A program made the translations under genes and the position numbers. From Pseudonocardiales bacterium (GTDB lineage Bacteria > Actinomycetota > Actinomycetes > Mycobacteriales > QHCD01), in contig QHCD01000011.1 of NCBI GenBank assembly GCA_003244255.1, positions 46,043 through 110,042 of the forward strand: DNA of 64,000 nt. The letters are read 5' to 3'. Below, one piece after another: positions 9,861 to 22,547 of this stretch (positions within the stretch are counted from its first letter, which is position 1; each line of letters opens with the position of its first letter). The notes under the pieces were generated by a model. It ran no database searches and was not told the DNA's origin. It saw nothing but the letters and a program-made list of their open reading frames with translations.

Positions 9861-10280
9861 TCAGCTGCTGTGACCGGCCTGGTCGGAGAGCATCCGCAGC
9901 CCGGCGACGATGCCGCCGGTGAGGTCGCCGCCGCCGAACGCCGCCGTCATCGACAGGGCGGCGAGCGAGCACGAGCGGTCGGGCACCCGAAGCGCTGACT
10001 CGGCGCCGGTCACGATCTCGACCACGCGTTGACCGGGAGATACCGCGAGCACGACGGCCTGCGGCGCGAGTTCGCCGAGCTCGGCGTGCAGCCGCTCGGC
10101 ATGCCCGCGGGTGGGCACGTCGAGGGCACCGACGTATAGGGAGAAATACAACCCGGTCTCCGCGCTCGACATCGACAGCGCCTCGTCGATCCGCGCGAGC
10201 TGCTTCGGGCGGAACGGCGAGGGCGGCCTCGGGTGCGCGTACCGTTCGCTGACGAGCACCCGGTCGGCGTCACCACTCAC
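9861..10280 (-). CDS. DUF5130-like conserved actinobacterial protein
   Basis: Starts at the GTG at 10280 (VSGDADRVLVSERYAHPRPPSPFRPKQLARIDEAL...LYFSLYVGALD). It overlaps the stop of the upstream gene by 11 nt. Confidence 0.65.
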   Translation of the reverse strand: MSGDADRVLVSERYAHPRPPSPFRPKQLARIDEALSMSSAETGLYFSLYVGALDVPTRGHAERLHAELGELAPQAVVLAVSPGQRVVEIVTGAESALRVPDRSCSLAALSMTAAFGGGDLTGGIVAGLRMLSDQAGHSS

Positions 10281-10590
10281 CGCGCGCCCCGCCCTTCGCG
10301 GTCGCGATCGCAGCCGCCGGCAGGACCGGATCCGATCCCGGGGGCAGCTGGGGAAGGGACCTTCCTTCCAGTTCGCGGCGGTGCTGCTGCGCGGCGACGA
10401 CGATGGCCCGCGTCGAATCGTCGAGCACGGACGGCGACGGCGCGTACCAGACCGGTTCGTAGGGCCACGGCTCGCCGGGACGATAGCGGGGTCGCCGGGT
10501 CGCCCCGGGCAGGTAGACCAGCAACGCAAACGCGGCGTAGATACCCAACGGGATGCCGAGAAACACACCTAGGGTCTGCGCAACGCTCAC
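10270..10590 (-). CDS. Small membrane protein, one N-terminal TM helix
   Basis: Starts at the GTG at 10590. The sequence is VAQTLGVFLGIPLGIYAAFALLVYLPG followed by RRPRYRPGEPWPYEPVWY. The start is uncertain because the ORF extends to 10689. Confidence 0.55.
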   Translation of the reverse strand: MSVAQTLGVFLGIPLGIYAAFALLVYLPGATRRPRYRPGEPWPYEPVWYAPSPSVLDDSTRAIVVAAQQHRRELEGRSLPQLPPGSDPVLPAAAIATAKGGARGEW

Positions 10591-10666
10591 GGGGCAGAGA
10601 TTAGCGAACGGCCCTGTGCGGCCACTCACCACGTCGCCGGACTCGGGCGATCGCGCAAGGTGCACC

Positions 10667-11935
10667 ATGGTCGGCGTGAGCGACCACACCGAACGCCGTT
10701 ATGCCCAGGGGCTCGACGACGCCGACGTGCTGGCCGGATTCCGCGACCGCGTCGTGATCGCCGATCCCGAGCAGATCTACCTCGACGGCAACTCCCTCGG
10801 CCGGCTACCGGCCACGACGGCGACGCGGTTGCAGGCGGCGGTGACCGGCGACTGGGGCCGCGGGCTGGTCGGCTCCTGGCAGGGGTGGGTCGAGCAGGCG
10901 ACGCGGGTGGGAGACCTGATCGGCACCGAATTGCTCGGCGCCGCCGCGGGGGAGGTCGCCGTCAGCGACTCCACCAGCGTCAACCTCTACAAGCTGGCCG
11001 CCGCAGCGTTGGGCGCCCACCCCGACCGTCGCGTGATCGTGACCGACGACGACAACTTCCCGACCGATCGTTACGTGCTGGCCGGTCTGGCCGAGCAGCG
11101 CGGTTGCGAGCTGCGGGTCGTTCACTCTGACATCGACGGCGGCCTCGACTCCGACGATCTGTCGGCGGCGATCGACGACGACGTGGCACTGGTGACGCTC
11201 TCGCACGTCGCGTACCGGTCCGGCGCCCGCATCGACCTGGCCGCATGCGGCGAACTCGCACACGCGCACGGCGCGCTGGTGCTCTGGGATCTCTCGCACT
11301 CCGCCGGCTCGGTGTCGGTTGAGCTGTCGGCAACCGGCGCGGACCTTGCCGTCGGCTGCACCTACAAGTACCTGTGCGCCGGCCCGGGCGCGCCGGCGTT
11401 CCTCTACGTGCGCAGTGACCTGCAGGCAGCGCTGCGGCAGCCGATCTGGGGTTGGTTCGGGCAGAGCGCGCAGTTCGAGATGGGCGCCGGCTACGACCCG
11501 CACCCGTCAATCCGCCGGTTCGGCGTCGGAACGCCCTCCGTGCTCGCCACGTATGCCGTCGAGGAGGGTGCCCGGCTGATCGCCGAGGCCGGCGTCGACC
11601 GCCTTGCCGCGAAGGGTGCGGCGCTGACGACGCTCGCGATCGAGCTGGCCGACGAGTGGCTCGCACCGCTCGGACTGCGCGTGGTCACGCCGCGAGATCC
11701 GGGCCGCCGCGGTGCACACATCACCCTCCAGCACCCGGCCGCGTGGCAGATCTGCCAGGCCCTGGTGCACGACGGCGTCGTCGCTGACTACCGCACACCG
11801 CAGCGGCTGCGCCTCGGGCCGGCTCCTCTCTACACCCGCTTCGTCGATGTCTACGACGCCATCGTCCGGTTGCGGGAGCTGGTCGCGTCGGGCCGGCACG
11901 CACGCTACGACGCCGAGCCGACCCGGGTCACCTGA
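10667..11935 (+). CDS. kynU: Kynureninase-like PLP-dependent enzyme (class V aminotransferase fold)
   Basis: Starts at the ATG at 10667. Motifs: IYLDGNSLGRLP, SDSTSVNLYK and the PLP-lysine motif GCTYKYLCAGPGAPAFLYV. Confidence 0.8.
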   Translation: MVGVSDHTERRYAQGLDDADVLAGFRDRVVIADPEQIYLDGNSLGRLPATTATRLQAAVTGDWGRGLVGSWQGWVEQATRVGDLIGTELLGAAAGEVAVSDSTSVNLYKLAAAALGAHPDRRVIVTDDDNFPTDRYVLAGLAEQRGCELRVVHSDIDGGLDSDDLSAAIDDDVALVTLSHVAYRSGARIDLAACGELAHAHGALVLWDLSHSAGSVSVELSATGADLAVGCTYKYLCAGPGAPAFLYVRSDLQAALRQPIWGWFGQSAQFEMGAGYDPHPSIRRFGVGTPSVLATYAVEEGARLIAEAGVDRLAAKGAALTTLAIELADEWLAPLGLRVVTPRDPGRRGAHITLQHPAAWQICQALVHDGVVADYRTPQRLRLGPAPLYTRFVDVYDAIVRLRELVASGRHARYDAEPTRVT

Positions 11936-11956
11936 CCGAGCGGTCTTCGGCGCCGA

Positions 11957-12472
11957 TCAGCCGGCGACCTGCTCGGCCCACGGTGCGACGTACTGCGTCC
12001 ACAGTGGATCCTCGCGCGCGTGGCCTCGCAGCAGGGTGGCAGTGCGCGACGGCGTGCGCGGCGCCACTCGCAGCTCCCAGCCGAGCTCGGCGAGCAGCCG
12101 GTCGGACTTCTGGTGGTTGCACCGCCGGCAGGCCGCGACGACGTTGCTCCACTCGTGCACGCCGTCGCGCGAACGCGGGATCACGTGGTCGACCGTCTCG
12201 GCTCGGGCGGCGCAGTAGGCGCAGCGGTAGCCGTCGCGCTCGAAGAGCGCGCGCCGGGTCAACGGGACGCCGTGCCGGTACGGCACTCGCACGTAGCGGG
12301 ACAGCCGCACGACACGCGGAGCGGGCACGGTGACCCGCTCGGCGTGGAACGCGGTCTCGCCGCGCTCGAGCACCACGGCGCGATGGGCCAGCACGAGCAC
12401 GACGGCACGGCGTTCGGAGACGACGCCCAGCGGCTCGTAGGTGGCGTTCAGCACGAGCGTGGTCGTCGACAC
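11957..12472 (-). CDS. HNH endonuclease
   Basis: Starts at the GTG at 12472 after a GGGAGG. Motif: RDGYRCAYCAARAETVDHVIPRSRDGVHEWSNVVAACRRCNHQK. Confidence 0.85.
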   Translation of the reverse strand: MSTTTLVLNATYEPLGVVSERRAVVLVLAHRAVVLERGETAFHAERVTVPAPRVVRLSRYVRVPYRHGVPLTRRALFERDGYRCAYCAARAETVDHVIPRSRDGVHEWSNVVAACRRCNHQKSDRLLAELGWELRVAPRTPSRTATLLRGHAREDPLWTQYVAPWAEQVAG

Positions 12473-12611
12473 GGTCACCTCCCGACGCCGCTGGCAGCGG
12501 TGCATGGACCCAACGTGGCAAGACACGACTCGCTCGCCCCTGGGACAGTCAACCCGACGCGGCCACGAAGCGCACGCGCGGAGCGCAAGCAGGCTGGCCT
12601 AACCTTGCCGC

Positions 12612-14693
12612 ATGTCCGCGCCCGCCTACCCCTTCGCCGACCACGACGACGCAACCGACGAGCTGTTCGGCCGGCGGATCGCCGACCCGTATCGCTACCT
12701 CGAGGACCGCGCCGACGTTCGCACCATCGAATGGGAGGCGGCGCAGGATTACCTCGCCGAACCGTTGCTGGCGGGCCTGCCGGCACGGGAGCGGCTCGCA
12801 CGGTGGCTCGCTGCGTTGCTGCGCCATGGATCCGTCACGCCGCCGGTCTGGCGGGCCGAGCGCGGGTTCTTCACCCGGCGCGAGCCCGAGCAGGAGCACG
12901 CCGCGCTGATCGTGCGCGACGGCGCTACCGAGCGCGTGCTGCTCGACCCATGCGCCGTCGACCCGTCCGGTACGACGACCCTGGACGACTGGGCGCCGAG
13001 CCTGGACGGCGACCGGCTGGCCTACCAGCTCTCCACCGGCGGCGACGAGGAATCCCGGCTCTTCGTCATCGACGTCGCCACCGGCGAGCGGCTGGACGGC
13101 CCGATCGACCGGTGCCGCTACTCCCCGATCGGCTGGCTCGCGGGCGGCGACGAGCTCTGCTACGTGCGGCGGCTCCCGCCCGAGGCCGTGCCGCCCGAGG
13201 AGACCCAGTTCCACCGCCGCGTGTACCGCCACACCGTTGGGGCCGACCCGCTGCGCGATGTCGAGATCCACGGTGCCGGACTCGACCCGACGAACTACTA
13301 CGACGTGCACGTCTCGCGGGACGGTCGCTGGCTCACGGTGCAGGCGTCGCCCGGTACGGCACCGCGCACCGACGTCTGGATCGCGGACCTGCAAGCCGAT
13401 TCCGACGTCGACCTGCGCGAGGTGCAGGTGGGTGTCGATGCGCAGACCGAGGGCGGTGTGCTGCGCGACGGGCGGCTGTGGCTCCGCACGGATCGCGACG
13501 CACCCCGCGGCCGGCTGGTCGCCGTCGACCCCGAGAAGCCCGCATACGAGAGCTGGGCGGACGTCGTCGCCGAACGGTCCGACGCCGTGCTCGCCGGTTG
13601 GGCGCTGGTCGGATCGAGCGACCGGCTGCAGGTGATGGCCGCGCACAACAGCGACGCGAGCACCCGGCTGTCGGTGTACGACGTGGCGACCGGCGAGCGG
13701 CGCACCGAAATCGGAACCGACGTCGGTACGGCCGGACCGCTGACATCGGACCCGGACGGCGGCGACGAGGTGTGGATCGGCTACACCGACTTTCAGACCC
13801 CGCCGTCGGTGCTGCACTGGTCGGTCGACGATCCAGGGGTCGTCCGACCGTGGGCGAGCGCACCCGGCGGTGGCGGGCCGGCCGACGTATGCGTGAGCGA
13901 GACGCACTACGAGTCCGCCGACGGCACGCCCGTGCACATGTTCGTGATCGCAGCGGAGTCGGCGCCGACCACCCCCCGGCCGGCCGTCCTCTACGGCTAC
14001 GGCGGCTTCAACATCTCCCTGACGCCGTCGTACTCGGCGCCGGCGCTGTCGTGGGTAGCGGCCGGTGGCGTGTGGGCGATCGCGAACCTGCGCGGCGGGT
14101 CGGAGCACGGCGAGGAGTGGCATCGCGCCGGCATGCGCGCGAACAAGCAGAACGTGTTCGATGATTTCGCCGCCGCAGCGGCCTATCTCAGCGACTCCGG
14201 ATGGACGACGCCCGAGCAGCTCGCGGTGTTCGGCGGCTCCAACGGCGGGCTGCTGGTCGGCGCCGCCGTCACGCAGTTCCCGGAGCGGATCGCCGCCGCC
14301 GTCTGCAGCGCGCCGCTGCTGGACATGATCCGCTACGAGCGGTTCGGCCTCGGGCGCACGTGGAACGACGAATACGGCACGGCGGCCGACGTCGAAGAAC
14401 TGTCGTGGCTGGCCGGGTACTCGCCCTACCACCACGTTCGAGACGGCGTCCGCTATCCCGCGGTGCTGTTCACAACCTTCGATTCCGACACCCGGGTCGA
14501 TCCGGTGCACGCGCGCAAGATGTGCGCGGCGCTGCAGCGGGCCACCTCAGGTGACGGCCCGATCCTGCTGCGGCGCGAGGCCGACGTGGGCCACGGTGCG
14601 CGTTCGGTCTCACGCACCGTCGAACTCGCCACCGACCAACTCGCGTTCCTCGCGGCGCAACTCGGCCTGACCATCGGCAGGGACACCAGATAG
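12612..14693 (+). CDS. Prolyl oligopeptidase (S9A serine peptidase)
   Basis: 693 aa. N-terminus DPYRYLED, catalytic Ser motif [10 protein letters not shown], and C-terminal D...H segments ([15 protein letters not shown]). Confidence 0.93.
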   Translation: MSAPAYPFADHDDATDELFGRRIADPYRYLEDRADVRTIEWEAAQDYLAEPLLAGLPARERLARWLAALLRHGSVTPPVWRAERGFFTRREPEQEHAALIVRDGATERVLLDPCAVDPSGTTTLDDWAPSLDGDRLAYQLSTGGDEESRLFVIDVATGERLDGPIDRCRYSPIGWLAGGDELCYVRRLPPEAVPPEETQFHRRVYRHTVGADPLRDVEIHGAGLDPTNYYDVHVSRDGRWLTVQASPGTAPRTDVWIADLQADSDVDLREVQVGVDAQTEGGVLRDGRLWLRTDRDAPRGRLVAVDPEKPAYESWADVVAERSDAVLAGWALVGSSDRLQVMAAHNSDASTRLSVYDVATGERRTEIGTDVGTAGPLTSDPDGGDEVWIGYTDFQTPPSVLHWSVDDPGVVRPWASAPGGGGPADVCVSETHYESADGTPVHMFVIAAESAPTTPRPAVLYGYGGFNISLTPSYSAPALSWVAAGGVWAIANLRGGSEHGEEWHRAGMRANKQNVFDDFAAAAAYLSDSGWTTPEQLAVFGGSNGGLLVGAAVTQFPERIAAAVCSAPLLDMIRYERFGLGRTWNDEYGTAADVEELSWLAGYSPYHHVRDGVRYPAVLFTTFDSDTRVDPVHARKMCAALQRATSGDGPILLRREADVGHGARSVSRTVELATDQLAFLAAQLGLTIGRDTR

Positions 14694-14733
14694 GCCCTGC
14701 CTGCTGCGGTGCGGTACCTGGCAGGCTGGCGCG

Positions 14734-15708
14734 GTGATAGTCGCGTCGAAGCCGGCGTGCGCCGACCGCCCTGACACCTTCTGCAACACGGTGTGGCGCG
14801 TCACGCACACCGGATGGGTCGCGAGCATCGCCGACACCATCCTCGGGCCCATCGCGAAGATCGTCCTGGTCGTTATCGTGGCCCTGATCGTGCGGTGGCT
14901 GCTGCACCGGTTGATCCGCCGGCTCGTCCAGACCAGTGCGCAGGGCGCGGTTCCGGCCATCCTGGCGCCGCTGACGGAGCGGGCCGCGTCGTCGCGGTTG
15001 GTGGCGGCCACCGGCTGGATCGCCGAGCGACGGCGCCAGCGCGCGGAGACGATCGGCTCGATCCTGCGCAGCATCGCGTCGTTCGTCGTCACCGCCGTGG
15101 CGTTCATGCTCATCCTCGGCGAGCTCGGCATCGACCTCGCACCGATCCTTACCAGCGCGGGCATCGTCGGGGTTGCGCTCGGCTTCGGCGCGCAGAACCT
15201 GGTGAAGGACTTCCTGGCCGGGATGTTCATGATCCTCGAGGACCAGTTCGGCGTGGGCGACGTCGTCGACGCCGGCCACGCAACCGGCCGGGTCGAGGCG
15301 GTGGGACTGCGGACCAGCCGGCTGCGGGACTCCCACGGCACCGTGTGGTACGTCCGCAACGGCGAGGTTCTCCGGCTCGGCAACAAGAGCCAGGGTGCGC
15401 TCCGGATGGAGCTCGACGTCGCCGGCCCGCCGGGCATCTCGCGGGATCTGCTCACGACCGACGTCCGCCAGGTGGCGGGTGACCTGCGTCGCGCGGACGG
15501 CTGGGCCGATTCGTTCCTCGACGAGCCGTCCGTGACGACGCTGGTCCGCGGCGACACCGTGCTCGCCCGGGTGCGGGCGCTGGTACGCCGGGACGACCGC
15601 GAGCAGGTTGCCCGTGAAGTGCGCACCCGGGTGGAAGCGTTCTACGACGCCGAAACGGAGTCCGAGCCCAACCCGATCATCGGAGGGTCCGTCCCGGAGC
15701 TCGAGTGA
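14734..15708 (+). CDS. MscS-family mechanosensitive channel
   Basis: TM helices followed by GIVGVALGFGAQNLVKDFLAGMFMILEDQFGVGDVV, the MscS pore/beta-domain signature. Confidence 0.9.
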   Translation: MIVASKPACADRPDTFCNTVWRVTHTGWVASIADTILGPIAKIVLVVIVALIVRWLLHRLIRRLVQTSAQGAVPAILAPLTERAASSRLVAATGWIAERRRQRAETIGSILRSIASFVVTAVAFMLILGELGIDLAPILTSAGIVGVALGFGAQNLVKDFLAGMFMILEDQFGVGDVVDAGHATGRVEAVGLRTSRLRDSHGTVWYVRNGEVLRLGNKSQGALRMELDVAGPPGISRDLLTTDVRQVAGDLRRADGWADSFLDEPSVTTLVRGDTVLARVRALVRRDDREQVAREVRTRVEAFYDAETESEPNPIIGGSVPELE

Positions 15709-15881
15709 GCGCCGGCGCAGCGCCGTTCGACCGTAGATCACCCGGCGCAGGGCAGCGACTCCGCCCGGCCGTGCGTCGGATGGACCGACTGGGCGTGGGG
15801 CGCGTACGTTGACATGATGATGTGTGGTTTCAGGTGGCCAGCGTCGGCCACCCCCGAGGGGAGCCGCACAGGGAGTCGGCG

Positions 15882-17297
15882 GTGACGTCACAACCGCGGC
15901 GCATGGGGATGGATCCGTCCCGCCGACGCGAGGCGGAGGGTACGGGCGCGATCTCGCCGGGCATCGACGTTCGCCGTCCGGCGCATCGTCGAGGTGCCGA
16001 AGATCCGCCACCAGTTGCGCCTCCGCCGCCGGTAGCGCCCCCGCCGGCACCGGCGGCCAGGCCGAGTGCGGCCACCGGGCCGAAGACGACGTTCCGCGAG
16101 GTCTTGGGCGTCCGCGAGACCCGCTACATCTTCGGCGCGCTGGTCTTCTCTGTCCTCGGCGACCAGCTGGCCAGGGTGGCACTCTCGATTCTGGTGTACT
16201 CCCGCACCGGGTCACCGCTGCTGACCGCGTTGACCTACGCCGTCACCTTCCTGCCCTGGGTCGTAGGCGGACCGATCCTCGCGGCGTACGCCGATCGGAT
16301 GCCGAGGCGATCGGTGATGATCGGGTGCGATCTCGGCCGGGCGGTACTCGTCGGCATGCTCGTCATCCCCGGGATCCCGCTGATCGTGCTGGTGGCCCTG
16401 CTGTTCGTCGCGACGATGTTCGCCCCGCCGTTCGAATCGGCCCGGTCGGCACTGATGCCGGAGATCCTGCAGGGCGACCGGTACGTCGTCGGCAACGCCC
16501 TGATCACCAACACCTATCAGATGGGTCAGGTGTTCGGGTTCATCGGCGGCGGTGCGCTGGTCGCGCTGATCACCGCCCGCGGCGCCCTTGCTGCCGACGC
16601 CACCACGTTCCTGATCTCCGCCGCGCTGATCCGCATCGGCGTGCGGCATCGGGCCAGAGCGCAGTCACCGGACGCGAGGCGGACGTCGCTTCTGCAGGAG
16701 ACCTCGGCGGGGCTGCGGCTGGTGCTCGGCACGCCGCGGCTGCGCTCCATCGTGCTGCTCGTGTGCACGGCGTCGGCGTTCGCGTTCGCATGGGAAGGCA
16801 TCGCGGCCCCGTGGGCTGCCCAGCTGGGCGGCGGCCCGCGCACCGTCGGCCTGCTGCTGGGGGTGAGCCCGATCGGGATGGTGGTTGGCGCGTTCGTGCT
16901 CGGCCGGCTGTGCCGTCCCAGCACCCGGGAACGGCTGATGCTGCCGCTGGCGGTCGCCGGGCCGCTCGTCCTCGGCTTGGTGCTGCTCGACAACCGGGCG
17001 CCGCTCGCGCTCGCGGCAGTGGTCATCTCCGGCCTCGCCGTGTCGTTCAACATCCCGCTCAACGCCGTGTTCATGCTCGCCATCGATCCCGCCTTCCGCG
17101 GTCGCGCTTTTGGCGTGGTGCAGTCGGGGCTGCAGGCGGCGCAGGGGCTCTCCATCCTGCTGGCGGGTGCGGTCGCGGACCGGCTCGCGCCCTCGACGAC
17201 GGTCGGTGTGTTCGGCCTCGTCGGCGCCGTGATCGTGGCTCTCGCGGCCAGGTCCTACCGTCGTGCGCCCGCTCCGTTGCCCGCCCCAGCGGCATAA
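15882..17297 (+). CDS. MFS transporter (EntS/MFS_3-like)
   Basis: About 12 TM segments ([42 protein letters not shown]). The start is uncertain: GTG 15882 follows an AGGGAG by 6 nt, and the alternatives are 15822 and ATG 15903. The N-terminus is Pro/Ala-rich. Confidence 0.8.
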   Translation: MTSQPRRMGMDPSRRREAEGTGAISPGIDVRRPAHRRGAEDPPPVAPPPPVAPPPAPAARPSAATGPKTTFREVLGVRETRYIFGALVFSVLGDQLARVALSILVYSRTGSPLLTALTYAVTFLPWVVGGPILAAYADRMPRRSVMIGCDLGRAVLVGMLVIPGIPLIVLVALLFVATMFAPPFESARSALMPEILQGDRYVVGNALITNTYQMGQVFGFIGGGALVALITARGALAADATTFLISAALIRIGVRHRARAQSPDARRTSLLQETSAGLRLVLGTPRLRSIVLLVCTASAFAFAWEGIAAPWAAQLGGGPRTVGLLLGVSPIGMVVGAFVLGRLCRPSTRERLMLPLAVAGPLVLGLVLLDNRAPLALAAVVISGLAVSFNIPLNAVFMLAIDPAFRGRAFGVVQSGLQAAQGLSILLAGAVADRLAPSTTVGVFGLVGAVIVALAARSYRRAPAPLPAPAA

Positions 17298-17325
17298 GCC
17301 GCTGCGACTTGGGACACTCGTCGGC

Positions 17326-17757
17326 GTGACCAGCTTCGGCATCGAGCCCGTCCCGTCTCGGCAACAGCCAGCACCGACCGGCGACGAACCAAGCTTCTAC
17401 GACGCCGTCGGCGGCGAGCCGACCTTCCGGATGCTGGTCGCGCGCTTCTACGCCGGCGTCGCCGAGGATCCCGTCCTGCGGCGGGTCTACCCGGAGGCCA
17501 ACCTGGCCGGAGCCGAGGAGCGGCTGCGGCTCTTCCTGATCCAGTACTGGGGCGGACCGAGGACCTACTCCGAGCGCCGCGGTCATCCCCGCCTGCGGAT
17601 GCGGCATGCGCCGTTCGTGATCGGGGAGACCGAGCGGCTGGCCTGGCTCGGCCATATGCGCGACGCCGTCGACTCGCTGAATCTGGCCCCGGAGCACGCC
17701 CAGACGCTCTGGAGGTATCTGGACACGGCGGCATTCAGCCTGCAGAACCACCCGTAG
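17326..17757 (+). CDS. glbO: Group II truncated hemoglobin
   Basis: Starts at the GTG at 17326. Sequence: [34 protein letters not shown]...[33 protein letters not shown], the trHbO signature. Confidence 0.9.
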   Translation: MTSFGIEPVPSRQQPAPTGDEPSFYDAVGGEPTFRMLVARFYAGVAEDPVLRRVYPEANLAGAEERLRLFLIQYWGGPRTYSERRGHPRLRMRHAPFVIGETERLAWLGHMRDAVDSLNLAPEHAQTLWRYLDTAAFSLQNHP

Positions 17758-17915
17758 CAACCACGGTCGATGCGCGCCGCGGGCTGGCGCCCGTGACCCG
17801 ACCCGACACCCGAGACACTAGGGTCGTCCAAGCGTCGTCCGAGCGTCGTCCGGCAGCCAGTAGTGCTGTCCGTCGGCGCGACGCTGTCCCGCCCGAGTGG
17901 CCCGGAGGGGGTGCC

Positions 17916-19511
17916 GTGCACCGGTCGGTCGACGTGGTAGCGCGCGACCGTGCCGGCTCTGCGAACCCGTGGTGGCGCGAGGCCGTCTTCTACCAGATCT
18001 ACGTCCGCAGCTTCGCCGACGGCAACGGCGACGGGATCGGTGACCTGGCCGGCATCCGGGCCCGGCTGCCCTACCTGTCCCTGCTCGGCGTCGATGCGCT
18101 CTGGCTCACCCCCTTCTATTCCTCGCCGATGGCCGATCACGGCTACGACGTCGCCGACCCGCGCGCTGTTGATGGGGTGTTCGGCGACCTCGACGCGTTC
18201 GATGCGCTGCTCGCCGACGCCCACGCGCTGGGGCTGAAGCTGCTCGTGGACCTGGTGCCGAACCACACCTCGGACGAGCACGTCTGGTTCCAGGAGGCGC
18301 TGGCCGCGGGACCCGGCAGCCCGGCACGGGCCCGCTATCACTTCCGGCCCGGGCGCGGCGCGGACGGCAGCGAACCGCCGAACAACTGGCCGTCGGTCTT
18401 CGGCGGTCCGGCGTGGCAGCGCATCGACGACGGCGAGTGGTATCTGCACCTGTTCGCGCCCCAGCAGCCCGACCTGAACTGGACCAACCCCGACGTCGCC
18501 GCCGATCTGGAGCGCACGATCTGCTTCTGGCTCGACCGCGGCACGGACGGCTTCCGGATCGACGTTGCGCACGGGCTCGCGAAGCCGCCCGGCCTGCCGG
18601 ACATGGACATCCCGGCGGACACGGCGATCCTGCCCGAGATTCCCGGCGATCTACGCTTCGACCAGGACGGCGTGCACGACCTGCACCGCATGATCCGCCG
18701 GGTCGTCGACCGCTACCCCGGCCGGATGGCGGTCGGCGAGGTGTGGGTCCGCGATGACGAGCGGCTGGCCCGCTACATCCGGCCCGACGAGCTGCACCAG
18801 GTCTTCAACTTCCACCTGCTGGAGGCGGCATGGAAGGCCGAGGAACTGATCGCGGCGATCGTGCGGTCACACGACGTCGGAACCTCCGTCGGCCTGACCC
18901 CGACCTGGGTGCTCTCCAACCACGACACGATCCGGGAGGTAACGCGTTACGGCGACGGTGATACCGGAAGGCGGCGCGCCCGCGCCGCGATCGTGCTCGA
19001 GCTCGCCCTGCCGGGTGCGACCTACATTTACAACGGCGCGGAGCTCGGCCTGCCCGAGGTCCGGCTTCCAGACGACGCGCTGCAAGATCCGACGTGGGAG
19101 CGGTCGGGGCATCGCGAGCGCGGCCGGGACGGCGCGCGGGTGCCGATGCCGTGGTCCGGTGTGCAGCCGCCGTATGATTTCACGACCGGAGCCGCGACCT
19201 GGCTGCCGATGCCCGACGACTGGGCTGAGCTGACGGTGGAGCGAGAGCTCGACGACGCCGGCTCGATGCTCTCGCTGTACCGGCAGGCGCTCGCGCTGCG
19301 CCGCGACCGGCCGGAGATGACGGGACCCGGGATCGCGTGGTACGGCGCGCCCGACGGCTGCCTCGCCTTCCGCCGAGACGGCGGCCTCACCTGCGCGCTG
19401 AACGCCACCGACGCGCCCGTGCCGCTGCCCCCCGGCACCGTGGTCCTGGCCAGCGCGCCGCTGGCCGGCGACGGCATGCTGCCCGGCGACGCCGCCGCCT
19501 GGCTGGTCTGA
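17916..19511 (+). CDS. aglA: GH13 alpha-glucosidase / oligo-1,6-glucosidase
   Basis: Starts at the GTG at 17916, 7 nt after a GGAGG. Motifs: WWREAVFYQIYVRSFADGNGDGIGDL, DLVPNHTSDEH, GFRIDVAHG. Confidence 0.92.
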   Translation: MHRSVDVVARDRAGSANPWWREAVFYQIYVRSFADGNGDGIGDLAGIRARLPYLSLLGVDALWLTPFYSSPMADHGYDVADPRAVDGVFGDLDAFDALLADAHALGLKLLVDLVPNHTSDEHVWFQEALAAGPGSPARARYHFRPGRGADGSEPPNNWPSVFGGPAWQRIDDGEWYLHLFAPQQPDLNWTNPDVAADLERTICFWLDRGTDGFRIDVAHGLAKPPGLPDMDIPADTAILPEIPGDLRFDQDGVHDLHRMIRRVVDRYPGRMAVGEVWVRDDERLARYIRPDELHQVFNFHLLEAAWKAEELIAAIVRSHDVGTSVGLTPTWVLSNHDTIREVTRYGDGDTGRRRARAAIVLELALPGATYIYNGAELGLPEVRLPDDALQDPTWERSGHRERGRDGARVPMPWSGVQPPYDFTTGAATWLPMPDDWAELTVERELDDAGSMLSLYRQALALRRDRPEMTGPGIAWYGAPDGCLAFRRDGGLTCALNATDAPVPLPPGTVVLASAPLAGDGMLPGDAAAWLV

Positions 19512-19529
19512 GCCTATGGTTCGAGGGGG

Positions 19530-21200
<1,671 letters not shown>

Positions 21201-21265
21201 AGATGATGTCCTTCGAGACGATCGCGATGCCTGACCACCGGCCGGCGGTACCACCGACCAGTGTC

Positions 21266-21703
21266 TCAGGCAGCGACCCCTGCCTCGCCCACCCCCGGCG
21301 CAGCCCCAGCCTCGACCGGCGCGGCACCGTGTATCGCCTCCGCGGACCGGCTACGCACGAACTGTGCGGTGCCTCGCGCCAAATCCGGCCCGACCGCCGT
21401 CGCCTCCAACTCCTCGCGCGACTGGGGCTGATCGTTCTGCACGAACCGTCGAGTCTGCAGCCGGCCGGTCACGATCACCGGGTCACCCTTCTGCATCGAA
21501 GTCGCGACGTTCGACGCGAGCGCCCGCCAGCAGACGACCCGGACGAACAGGCTGGACGCGTCGACCCACTGCCCGCTCGTGCGATCGAAGCGCCGCGCCG
21601 TTGACGCGACTCGGAAGTTCACGACGTCGACGTCACCGTCTAGCCGCCGCATCTCGGGCCGGTCGACGATGTTGCCCACGATCGTGATGGTGGTGGCGCT
21701 CAT
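21266..21703 (-). CDS. Single-stranded DNA-binding protein paralogue (no acidic C-terminal tip)
   Basis: OB-fold N-terminus MSATTITIVGNIVDRPEMRRL...VVNFRVAS...LFVRVVCWRALASNVATSMQKGDPVIVTGRL. The C-terminus ends ...GVGEAGVAA. Confidence 0.85.
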   Translation of the reverse strand: MSATTITIVGNIVDRPEMRRLDGDVDVVNFRVASTARRFDRTSGQWVDASSLFVRVVCWRALASNVATSMQKGDPVIVTGRLQTRRFVQNDQPQSREELEATAVGPDLARGTAQFVRSRSAEAIHGAAPVEAGAAPGVGEAGVAA

Positions 21704-21965
21704 TCGCTGTCCCTTCTCACGCTGGCGCCGGCCGGTTGCCGGGCGACGGCCTGCCGGGCGCTCACCCGACCCGTCAACCGTGCCCGGCGCGACGCCTCCG
21801 CCGTCGCTCGAGACGCCGACCTGTGGACGGAGCTGACGGCTGTGGACGCCTGGGCGACCAACGGCGCACGGTGTGGTAGACGCCGCAGGTTTCGGCGCCT
21901 CGGCCAGTGGGCATCTTGTGGTTCCGTCGTTGATGCGCCGGCGTTCTCACCACACGGAGGTCCCC

Positions 21966-22247
21966 ATGGTCGGCCTGATCATCACCCTCATCGTCGTCGG
22001 CCTCATTGCCGGTGCCCTGGCGCGGTTGCTCGTCCCAGGTAAGGACCCGATGGGCATCGGGGCGACCATCCTGCTCGGCATCGTCGGCTCGTTCGTCGGC
22101 GGCTTCCTCGGTTATGTGCTCTTCCACAAGGACAAGACGAGCGGTTTCATCCAGCTCTCCGGCCTGTTCGGGTCCGTCATCGGCGCGATCATCGTGCTGC
22201 TGGCCTACCGCGCGTTCGCCCGCCGCAAGAAGGTGGCACGCAGCTGA
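21966..22247 (+). CDS. GlsB/YeaQ/YmgE-family small membrane protein
   Basis: Starts at the ATG at 21966 after a GGAGG. Sequence: MVGLIITLIVVGLIAGALARLLVPGKDPMGIGATILLGIVGSFVGGFLG. Confidence 0.88.
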   Translation: MVGLIITLIVVGLIAGALARLLVPGKDPMGIGATILLGIVGSFVGGFLGYVLFHKDKTSGFIQLSGLFGSVIGAIIVLLAYRAFARRKKVARS

Positions 22248-22312
22248 GCGTCGCCACGTCGCGGCACCGGGACGGCGCCGGGCCTCGGGTAATCTGACGC
22301 GGACGCCCACCG

Positions 22313-22385
22313 GCGCCCGTAGCTCAGCGGATAGAGCAGGTGCCTTCTAAGCACTTGGTCGCAGGTTCGATTCCTGCCGGGCGCG
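22313..22385 (+). tRNA. tRNA-Arg (anticodon TCT)
   Basis: Cloverleaf folded by hand. Acceptor stem GCGCCCG/CGGGCGC, D arm GCTC-AGCGGATA-GAGC, anticodon loop CTTCTAA, T arm GCAGG-TTCGATT-CCTGC. Confidence 0.9.
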
Positions 22386-22547
22386 CAATCCAGTGGCCGG
22401 TGCGGGTTGACGCCGTTGCCGTCCCGGCGTGGTCGATCTAGCCGTTCGGCCGCAGGCCCGGAGCCACGGTGGTACGGTCGCCGTGACTTGATCGTCCCCA
22501 CGGCCACGGGGCCGCACTGCGGGGACGGTCGTATGCACGGGAGGGCC

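Noticed and set aside
15809-15814. TTGACA hexamer upstream of the MFS gene, considered as a sigma-70 -35 box
   Set aside because: No acceptable -10 hexamer lies 16-19 nt downstream, and a single hexamer match is expected by chance.
12020-16215. Very long ORFs 12020..14164 (+), 12549..14510 (-) and 14470..16215 (-)
   Set aside because: All three are out of frame or antisense to the prolyl oligopeptidase and MscS genes, which carry clear catalytic and family motifs. Their translations are Arg/Pro/Gly-rich with no motifs.
21821-21848. 9-nt direct repeat CTGTGGACG (two copies, 19-nt period) in the ssb/glsB divergent intergenic region
   Set aside because: It is too short and too GC-rich to stand out from chance in this genome, and there is no palindromic structure or second supporting site.
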